Origin: Camelus ferus
Taxonomy: Eukaryota
DNA length: 64,000 nt
NCBI RefSeq assembly: GCF_009834535.1
Contig: NC_045708.1
Location: 31,062,001-31,126,000, forward strand
Direction of reading: 5' to 3'
This document shows, piece by piece, positions 61,755 through 64,000 of this stretch. The notes under the pieces were generated by a model that did not search any database, was not told the DNA's origin, and was given only the letters and a program-made list of their open reading frames with translations. Each line of letters begins with the position of its first letter. Position 1 is the stretch's first letter. Made by a program: the position numbers and the translations under genes.

Positions 61755-63801
61755 GTACCTCTCAGAGATACGCGCGAGACGGGGCTGCGGTCCGGTGGGG
61801 CCTGCGTCCTCTAAAGGAGCATCCCCGGGTCACTCTAGGACACCCGCTCTCTGGACAATCCTACATCCATCCCGTGGCGTCACACCGCCTCCTTACACTC
61901 GAACAAGCCCATTATACTGGACACCTCAAATAGCCCCACTTTCTGGCTCTTCATCCCAGTAGCAAGGTTACTGTCCACCTGTCACCCAAGACAGAACACT
62001 TAGGCGCCTCCCTCCCCCCTACCCAGTCTGCTCTGGTCTGGTCATTCCACCTCCTGAACCTCGTTCAAACAATGACTCCCTTTCTCCAGCTCTACAAGCA
62101 CTACCTGATTCACTGAAACAGAGCCTCTTCTCTCCCCTAACCTAGCCTCACAGAGCCACCAGAATAATCTTTCTGAAATGCACACGTGAACTTGTCACTC
62201 CACCTCCTTAAATCTCATTATTAGCTCCCCAGGATAAAATCCAAACTCTAGAATGACACACAAGGCTGTGCAAAATCTGGCCGCTCCCAGCACTTCCACC
62301 CTCCCACCCTGTGCATCAGCCATGCCAAACTGTTGGTGATTTCCTCCACAAGCCAAGCGGTTTTACTTCTCAGTGCCTTTGCGCATAACGTCCCCTCTGC
62401 CAGGAATATCCTCCCTGGATGACTAATACCCATTTATCTTTAAATAACTTTCTTCACCAACTCCTAGGAAACTTTTCCTGACACTCCCCTATTGGCTGCT
62501 CTCTTTGTGCCCCAGTACAGACTTCTTTCATAGTACCAGAAGCATTTTACTGCATTCATTTCTTTATATATCTTCCCCATGCCTTACTTGGTCATCCTTA
62601 AAACCTCAGCACTTTGCCTGCCAAATAGCACACCCTTAAATAAATGTTATTAATGAATGACTTGTTTAGGTGGGAAGACTAAGGCTGAGGAGAAGTGTCA
62701 TTGGAAGTTATAAACATAAAGGATAGAATCCACGCTACCTCAGTCCTTCAATTGGTAATATCTCTCGCTTTTTGAAGACTCAGCTCAGAAGGCAGCTCCT
62801 CCAGGTGGCCTCTTTCAATGGCTCTAGGCTAGATGAGATGCCCCTATTCTGTGCCCGCATCTCTCCTTGAACATGTCTTTGAGCTTTTTAATCCACCCAT
62901 CTGTATGAGCAGACTGGACTGTAGCCTTGATGCAGGGAGCCAGATCCAACAACAACAAAAAAATGTTGGGGAACCAGGCTTACTCAGTTCCTTTTCCCCA
63001 TTTACCAGATACATCACTCCTCCTCCCCTGGAAAGATGGGAGTGGGGTCACAGAAGAGGCCTAAAATATTGTTCAGCTAAAGTCTCTCCATGAGGAAATA
63101 TGAGCCCAAAGAGTTGGAGATTCCCCCAATATACTTTAATTCATGTTCTTCCCAGATAGACTACCTTCCTCAGCAACTTAATGTTAAGCTCTATTGGTTC
63201 TCCTCACTCCTTCATTTAACTAATTTCTTGAGCACCTATTATGGGCTAGACACTTTTCTACATCCTGGAGATACAAGAGTGAGCAAATAGACAAACTCTT
63301 TGCCCTCATGAAGTTTACACTCTAGTATGTTTAATATATATAGTAATATAATAAATACAGAATAAGTGAAGTACTATAAAGAAAAATAAATCAGAGCAGG
63401 AGACAGAGTGTAATGGGGAAGGGAGGCAGTTCTATTTTAGCCAGGGTAGTCAAGGAAAGCCTCTCTGGCAGGATGACATTTGAGCAGAAACCTAAATGAA
63501 GTGAGGGAATAAATCGAGTGTTCCAAGCAGAGAATACAAGTGCAAAGGCCCTGAGGCAGGAATGTTTGAGGATAGGAAAACCCCTTTTTTGAACCTCCCC
63601 ATCACTGACTTCCGTCTCCCATCTAAGGTTTCCCTTCCACCTGTGCTCCTCTACCTTACTTTACTGCCTTGGCTACACTGTTACCTCTCCAAGCCTTACT
63701 CCCTCACCTCACTACCTCCCCCACTGCCCCACCTCAGTACTCTCCTCCCTCCTCTCAACTCACTCCCACAACTCAGTCTCCTTCTCTTTCTTCTTCTCAA
63801 G

Positions 63802-63889
63802 GAGCCTGAGGCATGCCCTGTGGCCCTCACTTCCAGACCTGCACCGGGTACTCGGCCAGTACCTTAGGGATACTGCTGGCCTGAATCCG
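63802..63889 (+). CDS. MPL: MPL exon 11 (Box1); exon 12 is outside the window
   Basis: [29 protein letters not shown]|gtgag; 88 nt. Confidence 0.97.
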
Positions 63890-64000
63890 GTGAGTGCACT
63901 CCCCTCCCAGCTCCCACCACCAGCCCTGCCTGGAGCTGGATCTTTGCCCCACTACACAACTTTTCCAAGGCCCTTGCCCACCAGCATACCATCCCAAGAA

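Larger units (their letters stand above)
61050..61820. promoter_or_regulatory. Intragenic CpG island over MPL exons 9-10
   Basis: Dense CpG and GC boxes (gggcggggc) in introns 8-10. Confidence 0.6.

Overview
This is mammalian genomic DNA, most likely from a camelid: it carries a Vic-1-like tRNA-Ala-derived SINE at ~49.1 kb, and I recognised no ruminant, pig or primate SINEs. It holds the C1orf210 - TIE1 - MPL block. C1orf210/TEMP is on the minus strand (2 coding exons, 113 aa). TIE1 is on the plus strand with 23 coding exons (about 1139 aa if exon 16 is 111 nt as in human); exon 16 lies almost entirely in an N gap. MPL is on the plus strand, exons 1-11, with exon 12 beyond the window end. All visible coding-exon junctions are GT-AG and keep phase. 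The rest is L1, L2, MIR, MLT1, Tigger and MER relics, microsatellites and several N gaps. I see no convincing new multi-gene system, and most long ORF-track entries are intron read-throughs or GC-rich noise. The best leads are (1) a candidate MIR-derived poison or terminal exon in TIE1 intron 9, whose acceptor region resembles the exon 11 acceptor; (2) Ser at MPL position 106, the site of the human P106L thrombocytosis mutation; (3) a minus-strand AATAAA plus A20 signature upstream of TIE1; (4) candidate megakaryocytic and endothelial enhancers; (5) a microsatellite-containing tandem duplication. Human residue numbers and sequences are recalled from memory and should be re-aligned. Repeat boundaries are approximate.
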